From Eledone cirrhosa (Eukaryota): 64,000 nt of DNA. Position numbers and translations under genes: made by a program. The stretch lies in the NCBI GenBank assembly GCA_964016885.1, contig OZ024740.1, forward strand, positions 355,942,001-356,006,000, given 5' to 3'. Below are positions 52,579 through 64,000 of the stretch, piece by piece. Position 1 is the stretch's first letter; every line of letters begins with the position of its first letter. Under the pieces are notes generated by a model. That model ran no database searches. It worked only from the letters and a program-made list of their open reading frames with translations, and was not told where the DNA came from.

Positions 52579-53330
52579 TAATCTGAGTTTTTCGAATATT
52601 AATAACATTCGATTCATTTGCAATTTTGCAAACAAGCCTCAATTTTATAGCCATGACAGTAGAATGAACACTTCATTCTTGCTCTTATGTTGGCATGCGA
52701 ACAGAACATTAGTGTCTTCAGTACTGTTCACATGCCAACATAAGAGCAAGAATGAAATGTTCATTCTACTGACATGGCTATAAAATTGAGGCTTGTTTGC
52801 ATAATTGCAAATGAATCGAATGTTATTATTAATATTCAAAAAAATTCAGATTACATTAATTGTATTCAGCCATGTAGAGCGAAATTTTCTTTTTTATTTG
52901 CATTTGGCAAAGCCGGCCATTTATCGCTCGTATACAGGAAACTGACTGGCCAGTCTGCTGATATGCAAATCTGGCTCATGGGTGGATCTGCTAATATGCA
53001 GATCTGACTGATCAGCATGTCTGCTAATATGCAAATAAGGCCGATCAGTCACTGTGTATTTTTGAAAATAGCATATATTTTCACTAGTTCTGACAGTTTG
53101 GCAGGTGAACAGTGAGGTGTACTGATGAAGGGCGATACCCAGAAACATTAGTGTCTGCAGTTCTGTTTGCATGCCCACATAAGAGCAAGTATGAAGTGTT
53201 CATTCTACTGACATGGCTATAAAATTGAGGCTTGTTTGCATAATTGCAAACGAATCGAATGTTATTATTAATATTCGAAAAACTCAGATTACATTTATTG
53301 TATTCAGCCATGCTGAGCGAAATTTTCTTT
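52579..53330 (+). mobile_element. Inverted arm plus 1.4 tandem copies of a 439-bp hammerhead-bearing unit, in a (TA)n tract
   Basis: Inverted arm 52579-52707; ~187-bp direct repeats 52705-52892 and 53144-53330. Confidence 0.85.
53118..53159 (+). ncRNA. Type-I hammerhead ribozyme, intact core
   Basis: Stem I UGUA/UGCA, CUGAUGA, stem II GGG-CGAUA-CCC, GAAACA-UUAG-UGUC. Predicted cleavage after 53155. Confidence 0.8.
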
Positions 53331-53338
53331 ACATATAT

Positions 53339-53369
<31 letters not shown>

Positions 53370-54002
53370 GTTACATAGAAATTACTTCAGTGTTATATAT
53401 ATAAAAGAGATGAATTATAAATGGAAAAGTGAATAAAAGTCTCTGAAGCATATGGAAACCAGTGAACAGGTGGTAGAATAACAGAAATTATAAAGTACTA
53501 GGTAAGATACACCCAGTGTTTAGTTACATTTTATAAAAATTCTATGTATCAATCCTGATGGGGTTTGACTTTAAGTTTTATCATTCTAGGGGATTTGATA
53601 AAATATGTACAAGTCAATATAGTACCCCTACAGGACCATGCATGCATGCAAACTGGGCTAACAAGTTTTAATCCTTTTGATATAAATCTGCCTGAAACTG
53701 CATCTAGTTCTATGATAAAAAAAAAACAAAAAAAAACTTTATTTCAAAATGTTTATAAAATATTTCTATGATAATTTTATTTAAAAACCTTTGTTAAATT
53801 ATGTTCCAAACACCAGTTTAATATTTAAAATGTTAGCTATTTCATAAACTCCTCCAAATGCTGGGTTACTTGCATTTGAAATATGGTAATGAAAGGTTTA
53901 AATTACTCTGCCATAGATCTTAAGTTGTGCTTGTGATGGAATACAAACCATTGATACTTTGTCTCATACTCCATCATCTTCTTGGTGCTCCCAACACATT
54001 GT

Positions 54003-54889
54003 GGTTTCTTATTTTGGCACAAGCCCAATGATTTGGGGTCAGGGGAAAGTCATTTAAATCTACCCTAGTATGTGACTGGTACTTTATTTTATTGATCTAG
54101 GAAGGATGAAAAGCAAAGTTGACCTTGGCGTGCTTTGAACTAAAGAGGTAAAGAACCTGAACAAATACCATTTTATCAGATGTTCTGCCAAGTCTGCCAA
54201 TCCCTCACCCTAGTCATGATGTATATTAATATATTATATAATGCAGTTTATTGTAGTAAATATATGGTTTGCTAACATGACTATCATATTTCTAGCTTTG
54301 TTTTCTTAATATAAGAAAGCTAAAATATTTTAATACTATGGGATTTGACCATTTTATATGTGATACATAACATTTGATAATAAATCTTACACTGAGTTAT
54401 AGATATAGATTATTTATGAAGCAGTTTCAAGAATATTGAATATGAGCATTAATTTTATTGTATGTAAAGGTTTATATATATATATGTAAATGTATGTATG
54501 TATGTGTGTGCATGCACGCACACACACTGATTTTTATCTCCACCTGTCTTCACAGTAACACTTCAGTTACCATACCAATCAATTTCTATGCTAACAATTT
54601 GTCTAGTCTATCCACCCCATCACCAATATAAATATATAAATATCTACATGTATATATAGTAATAGTTGGGTAAAGATACCCAAGGTGGAGAGCACTCAGT
54701 CCATGGGACAAGTTTCAATATATTATTAAATTCAATACTACAATGAAGACATAACACAGAGGACATACTTTCATTAAGAGAATCTAATAATAGTAATGAT
54801 AATAATGGGGGGAGGGGAAAGTTGATTAAATCGACCCCAGAGCATTTTATTGACTCCGTAAGGATGAAAGGCAAAGCTAACCTCAGCCG

Positions 54890-54920
<31 letters not shown>

Positions 54921-55060
54921 TGTTTCTACTTTTGGCACAAGGCCAGCAATTACCCAGTGCATTACTGGTACTTTATTTTATCGACTCCGTAAGGATGAAA
55001 GGCAAAGTTAACCTCAGCGGGATTTGAACTCAGATTGTAAAGGGAGGTAACTATGCTGGA
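54003..55060 (-). mobile_element. Three SINE copies (54003-54211, 54808-54890, 54918-55060)
   Basis: Family core plus (AAT)n spacers. Confidence 0.7.
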
Positions 55061-55859
55061 ATAATAATAATAATAATAATAATATATATGTATATATAAA
55101 TGAATAAAAAATATGGGTGAAGACAGGAAAATGAACAAATAGACAGTAGTCCCATCTCATCAGTTGACCGCTAGAGATATGGTGTCATAATGGGACAAAC
55201 TTCTGCAAATGCCAATAAATCAACAATTGTCCACTATTGGAGAAAATAATTGCTGATGTTATCCACAGTGGCAATACATTACTCCTAAAATTACTCATCA
55301 TATAATGGCTAGTTTTAGGAATATACTTTTTCCACTGGATAACATCGGGGAATGTTCCATAAGTAAAATATTTACAGGAAATAAGATAAACATCTATAAA
55401 CCTAGTGACAACAGATGTCAGTGTTTTATTATCAATAAAGATAATATTGCAATACTCTGATAATGAAGATAGGTGTTTGTGTGCAGGGGAGAGGGGTGAT
55501 TTTATAAACAATTTTAAACATTCCTGTTGAGTGATATTTTCACTATATAACTTAAATATTTATATCATTACATAAATGAAAATAGATAAATATATGAATA
55601 AATAAATATATGAAACATGAATGTTATAAGTCAAGCATTCACTCTTCATTAATAAGCTCATATATATATATATATATATATATTGGTGTGGGTTCGATTC
55701 CCACCCTTGTTGACACCCATTTCTATCGGTTATGGGGACTTATACAACCCATTATTAGACTATTTTCTGTAGTAAAAAAAACATGGTGAAAGCTGCTAAT
55801 TCAGTTTAATTTTCAAATTCCAATCACTACCATCTTCTAAACCACAGGTGATGTGTTTA

Positions 55860-56317
55860 TGTAGCGAAATTTGTCCATGCCTTGAACCCTGGGTGACACC
55901 TAAAGGTCAAATTCTAGGTTACCATCCTTTTCGGCGTAAACAAGTTCATGCGTGGGCGATCCCTCGAGGCAGGAAACAGAAAACAACAGGTATAAAAGGC
56001 CTGTTTGATCCCACATCTAATACACAGAGAGATCAGAGCCGTATGCCAGAGAATAGCTATGTAAAACATTCACCTATAACTACAGGCTACTGGGGGCTAC
56101 AGACAACCACAGACCACTCTCTCTCATGGTCTCAGACTACACCAGCATCATGAAGCAACACCAAAAACACCTTCAATACTTTATAACTCTTAATAACCTG
56201 TTCTTTGTTAATTTATGAAATGAAGAGAAGTAAACCCTTTATATAAAAAGTAAACCAGCTATTCATGTTATTTCATCTAACGGTAAATACTAATACACTT
56301 CTTTACATTGGTGACCC
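55860..56317 (+). mobile_element. LTR (55860-56307) followed by a primer-binding site
   Basis: TGTAG...TTACA termini, TATAAAAG at 55991, then T-TGGTGACCC, complementary to the 3' end of tRNA-Trp as in Trp-primed LTR elements. No recognisable gag/pol downstream. Confidence 0.7.
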
Positions 56318-56777
56318 TGTCACAGGAACGAAAAGTTCCCCTAAAAAAAAAAATAATCTACTATATAAATTGGAAGTGGTAGGATGTTGTATATTTAAGT
56401 AAGTAGGTGTAGTCGGATAAACGTCGAAACGGCTGGGTGGAATGCAGCGAAAATTTACACAGTTATGCAGAATGACCCGAGGAGGCGTTGGGTCGACTTT
56501 CAAGCTACAAGCTTCCATGGTTACGGAGAAAATCGATGAAACACGAATTTCCCATTCAAATTGAACTGAGAGTAATCTGTGAACGCAGAAGTAAATATTT
56601 CGAGAAACGTTGCAACCGAACGAAAACAGGAAGACGATATTTTGGTTCGTGAAGACGTTCCCTGGCAATGAACGGGAAAAAAGCGAGGATAATACGTCGT
56701 TATGTGGAGCGTGAAGAACAATTTCATGCAAAGACAAGACCAAGTGTATGGTATAAATGGAGTCGTTAGACTAATAT

Positions 56778-57437
56778 TCTACTTAAAATAACAGAATGAT
56801 TTCCAGCCCCGGAGTTTAAGAATGATGTAAATAAAATTGAAAACGAAAATGACAGACGTTGTTAAAATAGTAAAAGTAAATAGTGAAGATTTAGGCCAGT
56901 ACATACGTATGCCCCGACGGACATACACATACATACGCACGCACAAATACATACACACCCACAAACACACACACACACACACACACACGCACGCACGCGT
57001 ATGTATAAACCTTATGCATTTCTACAGTATTTTCACCAAATTTAAGACATAGGTTACTTATGTACTCCGGATGGTCATGGGCACTTTCATTTTTCCAGAT
57101 ATTGATTATAGGGCCTCCCGGCAGATAACCTCTTTTAACCACTTTCTTGGAGTCGACTGAAGCACTGCAGCGCAATGCAACAAAACATCATAACTTCTGG
57201 AGTTCGCCACCGATTTTCACAAAACTTGACACATGGGTTACGTTTGTCCTACAGATGAATGTGAACTCTCAGAATTGGCACATATTGAGTAAGGGACCCC
57301 TGGGGGCAGGAACCCCCTTTTGGAAAAAGCCGATGATTTTGTAAAAGTATAGTTTTCGAAGCAGCACTGAAGTATTGACATAAATGGTATACACAACTGC
57401 TATTTAATACCCGAGCAACGCCGGGTACCTCTGATCG
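56778..57437 (+). mobile_element. Non-autonomous Helitron-like element
   Basis: 5' TCTACTTAAAATAA, internal (CA)n, 3' hairpin TACCCG-AGCAACGC-CGGGTA then CCTCTG-ATCG|T (degenerate CTAG). Same end geometry as 11612-11641. Confidence 0.7.
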
Positions 57438-57602
57438 TATTTCGTATATGCGTGAGTTTGAGTTTGAGTATGTGTATGTTTATGTTTTGGATATTTATTT
57501 ATATATTTTTCCCCTCAATTTTTTGCCCGTTATTTTATTTCAGCCTCACTTTCATTTATTCTAAACTTGGTTTTCAAATCCATATTAAATAAATATTTCA
57601 TA

Positions 57603-57670
57603 TTATTTTTATGATGAATGAAGACAGACATAAATATCTGTCTTCAAGAAACAACTGGTAAATGAAATAA
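57603..57670 (+). ncRNA. Decayed hammerhead ribozyme
   Basis: AUGAUGA (C3 changed to A), perfect 10-bp stem II UGAAGACAGA/UCUGUCUUCA, GAAAC-AACUG-GUA, weak stem I. Confidence 0.5.
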
Positions 57671-58051
57671 TTATCTTATGTTGTTTATTACATAACTATA
57701 TATATATATATATATGGCAAGTAAGTATGTTTTGAAACAGTGAGCAGGTTTGAAATTAGAAAATATATAGCTTTCACTGTATTTTTGACTAAGGAATTTT
57801 AGCCTGATAATGGGGTTTAGAACCCTCAGATAAATGGAAAAAGGTGAGTATTGACGTTCATAATTGTATGTATGTATGTATGCATGTGTGTGGTATATGT
57901 ATATATATAAAATATTTTTCTTTGTATGACAGAATGAATTGGGTAAACAACCCAACGGAACTTAAATATATGTCATTATTATAAGTAATTATACTTAAAT
58001 CATCCTATGGAGTGAGTACTTGGATATTTATACCAAATTTGTACTACAGTG

Positions 58052-58085
<34 letters not shown>

Positions 58086-58086
<1 letters not shown>

Positions 58087-60290
58087 CATCATCATCATCA
58101 TCATCGTTTAACGTCCGTGTTCCACGCTTGCATGGGTTTGGACGGGGGTTTTCCTACTTGAGGCAAGAGTGATTATCTTGCTCGCATAGGACTATCTGGC
58201 GAGTTTTCTACAGCTGGATGCCCTTCCTAACACCAACCACATTTACAGTGTGGGGCTGGGAGGTTTTTACCGTGTTGCCTACACGGCCACATTACAGCGT
58301 GAACTGTGTGTTTTTTTTACGTGACACCTACACGCTCTCATTTGTTTCGGCCTGGATGTTGTGGCACCAACATAACTTTACATTGAAAGGGGCGGTGTGG
58401 ATGGGGTGGGGGTGGTGGGACGGGGGTGTATTTTGTTAGAGATGCCTACTGACTGTAGTAGGTTTTACTTTGTATTTAGGTAAGGCGGGTCTTCTCTATT
58501 ACTGAGTACCGCCAAAGGTCTCGGTCCAGTGACATTGTCTTGGTGAGGTGTAAGTGTGTGAGGTCGGAATTTATCAGCTCGTCCCAGGTTTTTCTGGGTC
58601 TGCCTATTCCGTGGCTACCGTCTATCTTTATTGCCCTGCACTTTGTTATACAGCTATCGTCCTTCATGCGCATCACGTGACCATACCAACGTAGCCTTCT
58701 CTCGAGTAAACAACATCTGATCCCTCTTATTTCTAATTTTTTCCTTAGTTCGTTTATGCTTTGCCGTTCACGTATATTACTATTACACATCCAGCGGAGC
58801 ATGCAAGCTTCGTTTCTCTCTAGTCTGCGTATATCCTCTGCACACAATGCCCAGGTCTCACTGCCATGCAACATTGCTGTTCGTATGCAGGCATCGTACA
58901 ACCTGCCTTTCATTTTTAGGGAGAACCCTTTAGCGGCTAATAGTGGTATAAGCTCTCTGAACTTTTTCCATCCAGTTCTGACTCTAGCTACTGTACTTTC
59001 AGAGCACCCTCCCCCACTGCTGATTTTGTCACCCAGGTAATGGAAGCTGTCCACTATTTCTATAGAACCCTCTGCGCAGTTGAAAGAGCTAGTATCTTGT
59101 GGGCACTTGCTGCTACTTATTGCACCAGAGCACCGGCCACATGTAAAATCTATGTTCTTAGTTAGCTTACCTGTGATCCCACTACATCTTTTATGCACCC
59201 ATACTTTGCATTTGGGACACAAAATGGAGTTTCTACCTACGCCTTTCCTACACACTGAGCATGGCCACTTCCCGGAAGGGACCGCCGCCTTATTTTCTTT
59301 CTTACAAACTAGAACTTTAGTCTTAGCCAGGTTAATTTTAAGTCCTTTTGATTCTAGGCCGTGCTTCCATGTTTGGAATTTCTTCTCTAGCTCGGCCATT
59401 GATTCAGCTATGAGTGTTAGGTCATCTGCGTATAGGAGTTCCCATGAGCAACCGGTCTTGAACTCCTCTGTTATAGCCTGAAGGGCAATAATAAATAGTA
59501 GGGGGCTGAGAACAGAGCCCTGATGGACGCCAACTTTTACGCTAAACTCTTCACTATATTCGTTGTTAATTCTAACCTTGCTGACTGTTTCTTTATACAT
59601 GGCTTGTATAGCTCTCACAAGTCAACACCTAGTTTTCTAAGAGCCCACCAGATAATGGAACGGGGGACTCTGTCGAAGGCTTTCTCCAAGTCGACAAAAG
59701 TTAAGTATAGGGGTTTACTTTTAGCTAGGTACTTCTCCTGTAGTTGTCGTACAATGAAAAGAGCGTCTGTGGTACTTTTGCCTGACACAAACCCGAACTG
59801 CATTTCATCTAGATCAATTCGCTCTCTGATTAGTTGCGCTATTACTTTTTCCGTGACCTTCATGACCTGGTCGATTAATTTAATGCCTCTATAGTTACTC
59901 CTATCTAGGGCATCTCCTTTACCCTTATAACAGTTAACGATGATGCTGCTACGCCAGTCCTTCGGAACAACCCCATTCTGTACGACTTGGTTGACTATCC
60001 GGGTGACCATGGTGTGTCCCACCGTACCGGATGCCTTCAGCATCTCGGCAACTATTTCCGAAGGCCCAGCCGCCTTACCCGTCTTCATATCTTTGATTGC
60101 CTTACTTATTATACTACCCTCGACTAACACTGCTGGTCCCTCTATTGGGTCGATGTGGGGGAGACTGTCTTTCTCCCATTTATTCTCCTCATTTAGTAGC
60201 CTTTCATAGTGACACTTCCAAACTACCTTCTTATCAGCGTCGGTGATGGCAAGTACGCCGTCATCATTAAGTACACACTTCTCCCCGACA
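58086..60290 (-). mobile_element. RTE family 1 subfamily B, 2.2-kb copy
   Basis: ORFs 59615-60289 and 58476-59618 give a complete RT (FVDLEKAFDRV, QGSVLSPLLF, YADDL) with one frameshift at ~59616; 3' UTR and (GAT)n tail. Confidence 0.95.
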
Positions 60291-60440
60291 TATATATATA
60301 ATGTATATATATAATGTATATATAATGTATATACATATAATATATATATATGTATATACATATAATATATACATATAATATATATATATATATAATGTAT
60401 ATACATATGTATATGTAAAAGAGTATATGTATGTATATAC

Positions 60441-60471
<31 letters not shown>

Positions 60472-60492
60472 TGTATGTATATACGTATGTAT

Positions 60493-61100
60493 GTCAGGTC
60501 ACCAGTTGGTGCTACTGGTAACATGTATCCCAGTACAACCTGTCCCATGGTCGGGTTGTTGGCGACTAAACTGGCAACCCCACCAAGGTTTCTTGGTGAG
60601 GAGGGTGACTTTGGACATCCTGCAGGACTAAAAACAAAACCTGTCAAAGGGCAAAGGAGCTCTTAAGAGTCAATGGCCATCCAAAATCACCGGGAGAGAT
60701 GACCCCTAGCCTTTGTCAAGGCAGAATTCTAGGAGAAGGAAAACTCTGATATAACACCTGCAACTCTGATGGTATCCAATGATGTTGACTTGTTCTTCTT
60801 TTTGGTAAATATCATCTTGGTTAAGAGAGTGGGACTGGCTTTGTGCAGTGCCTTTGCTCACTATAAAAGCTTCACGGCACAGGCATTGCTTTATATCTGG
60901 AGATCTCTCTGCGCTTGTTGTCACATGGTACCATGGGCCCAGCACTGTGTGTCAATAATTGTCACAAGTGTAGTGTTTGTACCAGAGTTTTCAAGTCGCT
61001 GGCTGGACTAAAAAGTCACACTCGTTCAGCGCATCGGTAGGGGTTCTCCTACATGGATATAAAGTAGTGACCGTACTCGAAAACGAGTTGGCAGCCACCA
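60493..61100 (+). mobile_element. Bipartite (internally deleted) RTE/BovB-like non-autonomous element in (TGTA)n
   Basis: Structured 5' part with CTAGGAGAAGGAAAACTCTGA (a motif I recall from RTE 5' UTRs), fused to 60960-61040 encoding CHKCSVCTRVFKSLAGLKSHTRSAHR* (BovB-type terminal zinc finger), with 3' hairpin CTCG-AAAA-CGAG. Confidence 0.8.
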
Positions 61101-61212
61101 TGTATGTATGTATGTACATATGTATGTATGTATGTACATATGTATATATGTATGAATGTATATATATGTGTGTGTATATATATATATATATGTGAGTGTA
61201 TATGTATATATA

Positions 61213-61905
61213 CGGGTACAAGCTGAAGCTGAAGCATATAGACAAAATGGCCCCATCTCCTCCCACTGTAAACTGGTCGTGGGGGTGTCATTAGAAAAAA
61301 GCCCCCAGCCCACACTGTAAAGTGGTTGTGTAGGCGCCATAGTAAAAAAGCACCCAGCACTCAGTGTAAATGAAGTTGGTGTTAGGAAGGGCATCCAGCT
61401 GTAGAAATCAAGCCAAAATCAGTTCTTGTATGAGCAAGACAAGGTCACTAGACCTGGCATTGCCCACAACAGGACAACCCATCTAAACAATGCTAGCGTG
61501 AAAGAATGGACGTAAAATGATGGTGATGATGATATGTGTGTATATATATATATCATCATCATCATCATCATCATTTTACGTCCGCTTTTCCATGCTTGCA
61601 AGGGTGGGACGGGAACTGATTCTGGCTTGATTTCTACAGCTGGATGCTCTTCCTAACACCAACCTCATTTACAGTGAGTGCTGGGTGCTTTTTTTGCATG
61701 GTGCCTACATGTTCACTTTACAGTGTGGACTGGGTGCTTTTTTGCCGTGGCACCTTCACGACCACTTTGCAGTGGAATGATAGGGACCTCAGTCCCTATC
61801 ATCTCATTTCTACAGCTGAGTAAACTGGAGCAATGTGAAATAAAGATTCTTGCTCAAGGAAACAACACATCACCCGGTCTGAGAATTGAACTCATAACCT
61901 TTCAA
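61213..61905. mobile_element. Two tail-to-tail RTE 3' UTR fragments (61213-61533 plus; 61555-61905 minus, SINE-head variant)
   Basis: Both match the RTE 3' UTR; the second has the GCAGTGGAATGATAGGGACC junction. Confidence 0.8.
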
Positions 61906-64000
61906 TATATATATAAATATATAAATATATATATTTATAAGGGATAAAGGTCTAAAAGTCAAAGATTATTACCACTACTTTTCTTCCTAAGAGAAACAAA
62001 CACAATGACAACAAAAAATGCGAAGATCATTTTGTCATTGGCCACAATTTCAACTAACTACTATCTCAGGTTGATCACACACTATTTAGTGTATTTGCCT
62101 ATCATGTGGGAGTGGTTAGATTAACCACGTCTAGACTAAACCACCTGGAACTGCTTCTGGTTTTACTATACAAAAATGTTTATTTTGAAGTATTTATATC
62201 TATCTAAATGCTTCAATCATAATTTTATGTAAGAACATTTGTAAAGTTATCTTCCAAACAGCAGCTTCATAACGATAGAGTTAGTTATATTACTAATTCT
62301 CTCCACATTCTTGATGATTTTCAAAATTATAGGCAGTGCATTTTATTACAAATATTGGAATAAAACGTTAAGGTAATGAGGAAATGGTGGATTGTATCAT
62401 ACCACAATCATTTCCTTGTGAGAAACAAACTTAATCCTTTCATTACATTTCTCTTGAAAGTCTCTATATATAACTTTTAAATAATTTTGAAAATAATCAA
62501 GAATTTGGAAAAAATTAGTTTGGAGTTTGGAACATAGTTTAACAAAGGCTCTTACATAAAATTATGATGGAGAGTTTTTAGATAAATATAAATACTTGAA
62601 ATCAAACAGGTTTGTATCACAGAACCAACATGGTTGTAGGTGGTTTGGTATCAAAAGTGTTAACTCTCATACAGATCAATTCACCAAAGGGGAATTAGGT
62701 ATTACAGGGTAGAAATAAATAGTTGCTGTAAGAGATAACATCACTGTAACAGTGGCAAGTATTTGTTTGGCTAACAGAGCTGAGTTCAGTTCATTAGCTG
62801 ATGGATGGACTGCCACCAAATAGACACTAGATAAAGAGGGAGCCTTCATTTGTATTCTAACAAATTAATCTTATATGGGAGATACTTACTTTCTATTGTC
62901 ATCACCAGCATCAGTGATATTGACTTGATAGAGGGTGGAGAAATGAATACAATATGCCATAGCCACTAAATCTCCTAAGATTAAACTGATAAATATCTTT
63001 TTGCATTCACTTACCTGAAAAAAATCTTCCACATTTTCTTGAGGTAAAAATCTTTAAATGCAAAATACTTTTGCTTCCTGGGCAGTCTTTACAGTCTACT
63101 TCTCTCAGTCAGTTAATACAGTCTCTCTCTCTCTTTCTCTCTTTATTACTATATGCCAGCTGCTGGAACTATCAAATACACACTTTGCTTCCTTCCACTC
63201 ACTGCCCATCCCTTAGCCAAACAGTCTGTACCAATCTGTCAGTAGGTAACAACTGCAGTAGCTCATTTGTACACCTGATCTGCAGTTAGATGGTCATCTA
63301 TCTTCATTTTAATACTAGTTGGTGGTGGTGATGGTGGTGGTGGTGGTTGGGGGGGGGGGGGGTCACTTTATCTTGTTGATTTTTAATCTAAGCTTGATTC
63401 TTGGCTTGTAGCACATAAATAACATTGGCATCATCATCTTCATCACAAACCACTATCACTACAGTTATCAACATCACTAACATAATCATTATCACATGGA
63501 TGTAATTTGTAGGGTATTTGACTATTATTTCTAGCAGTTTGAAGCAATGCCTTGAAGCAATTAGTAGTAGTAGCACAACATAATATGCCACTATATTCTT
63601 ATCACATCTCTATCACTACCCTCAATACACAAACATCCTACATCTGAGAGAACACCCATAAATCTACTGTCCAACACACAAGTTGTTTTAATAAATGGCC
63701 CTAATTTAGGTTCAATATTACAATTTAGCTTGGAGCCATTTATCATTTTCACAGGATTGTTTGATAGGTCCAGTCATCATCATCATCATTCCATTTTACA
63801 TCCGCTTTTTCCTTGCTTGCAAGTATATTTAAATTAATTCTCTCATTCCCATATTTCTAATGAAAGACACTGCATACGATTTTGAAAATGATTAAGAACT
63901 TGGAGAGATTTAGTAATATAACTAATTGTATCATTATTAAGCTGGTGTTTTTAACATGACTCAATGACTGTTCTTATATAAAATTATGGTAGAAGAGATT

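Noticed and set aside
55185-55511. 108-aa minus-strand ORF
   Set aside because: No recognisable domain; it lies among repeat debris.

Overview
AT-rich eukaryotic DNA made almost entirely of repeats, with no host protein-coding exon I can support. The repeat content (tRNA-headed SINEs, RTE LINEs with (CAT)n-type tails, long (TA)n tracts) resembles an octopod cephalopod genome, which is an inference. Content: a 5.8-kb decayed Rep-helicase Helitron (11612-17382, minus), a non-autonomous Helitron, copies of at least three RTE LINE families, fragments of Tx1/L1, Dong-R4, CR1/L2 and Penelope-like retroelements, a hAT transposase relic, two LTR remnants, TTAA-type MITEs and many SINEs. Most ORFs in the supplied track are microsatellite or antisense artefacts. 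The notable signals are catalytic-RNA folds found by eye. (1) A near-canonical HDV-like ribozyme lies just downstream of the Helitron helicase gene on its coding strand, in a cassette bounded by 45-bp direct repeats. (2) Several sequence-unrelated, non-coding 0.3-0.75 kb units sit in (TA)n tracts, each carrying a whole or partial type-I hammerhead with fold-back arms and/or terminal direct repeats (retrozyme or Penelope-pLTR-like). Also seen: an RTE subfamily carrying a tRNA-SINE head inside its 3' UTR, bipartite RTE-derived short elements, and twin-priming-like RTE inversions. Coordinates of degenerate repeats are approximate, and no folding program or database search was run.
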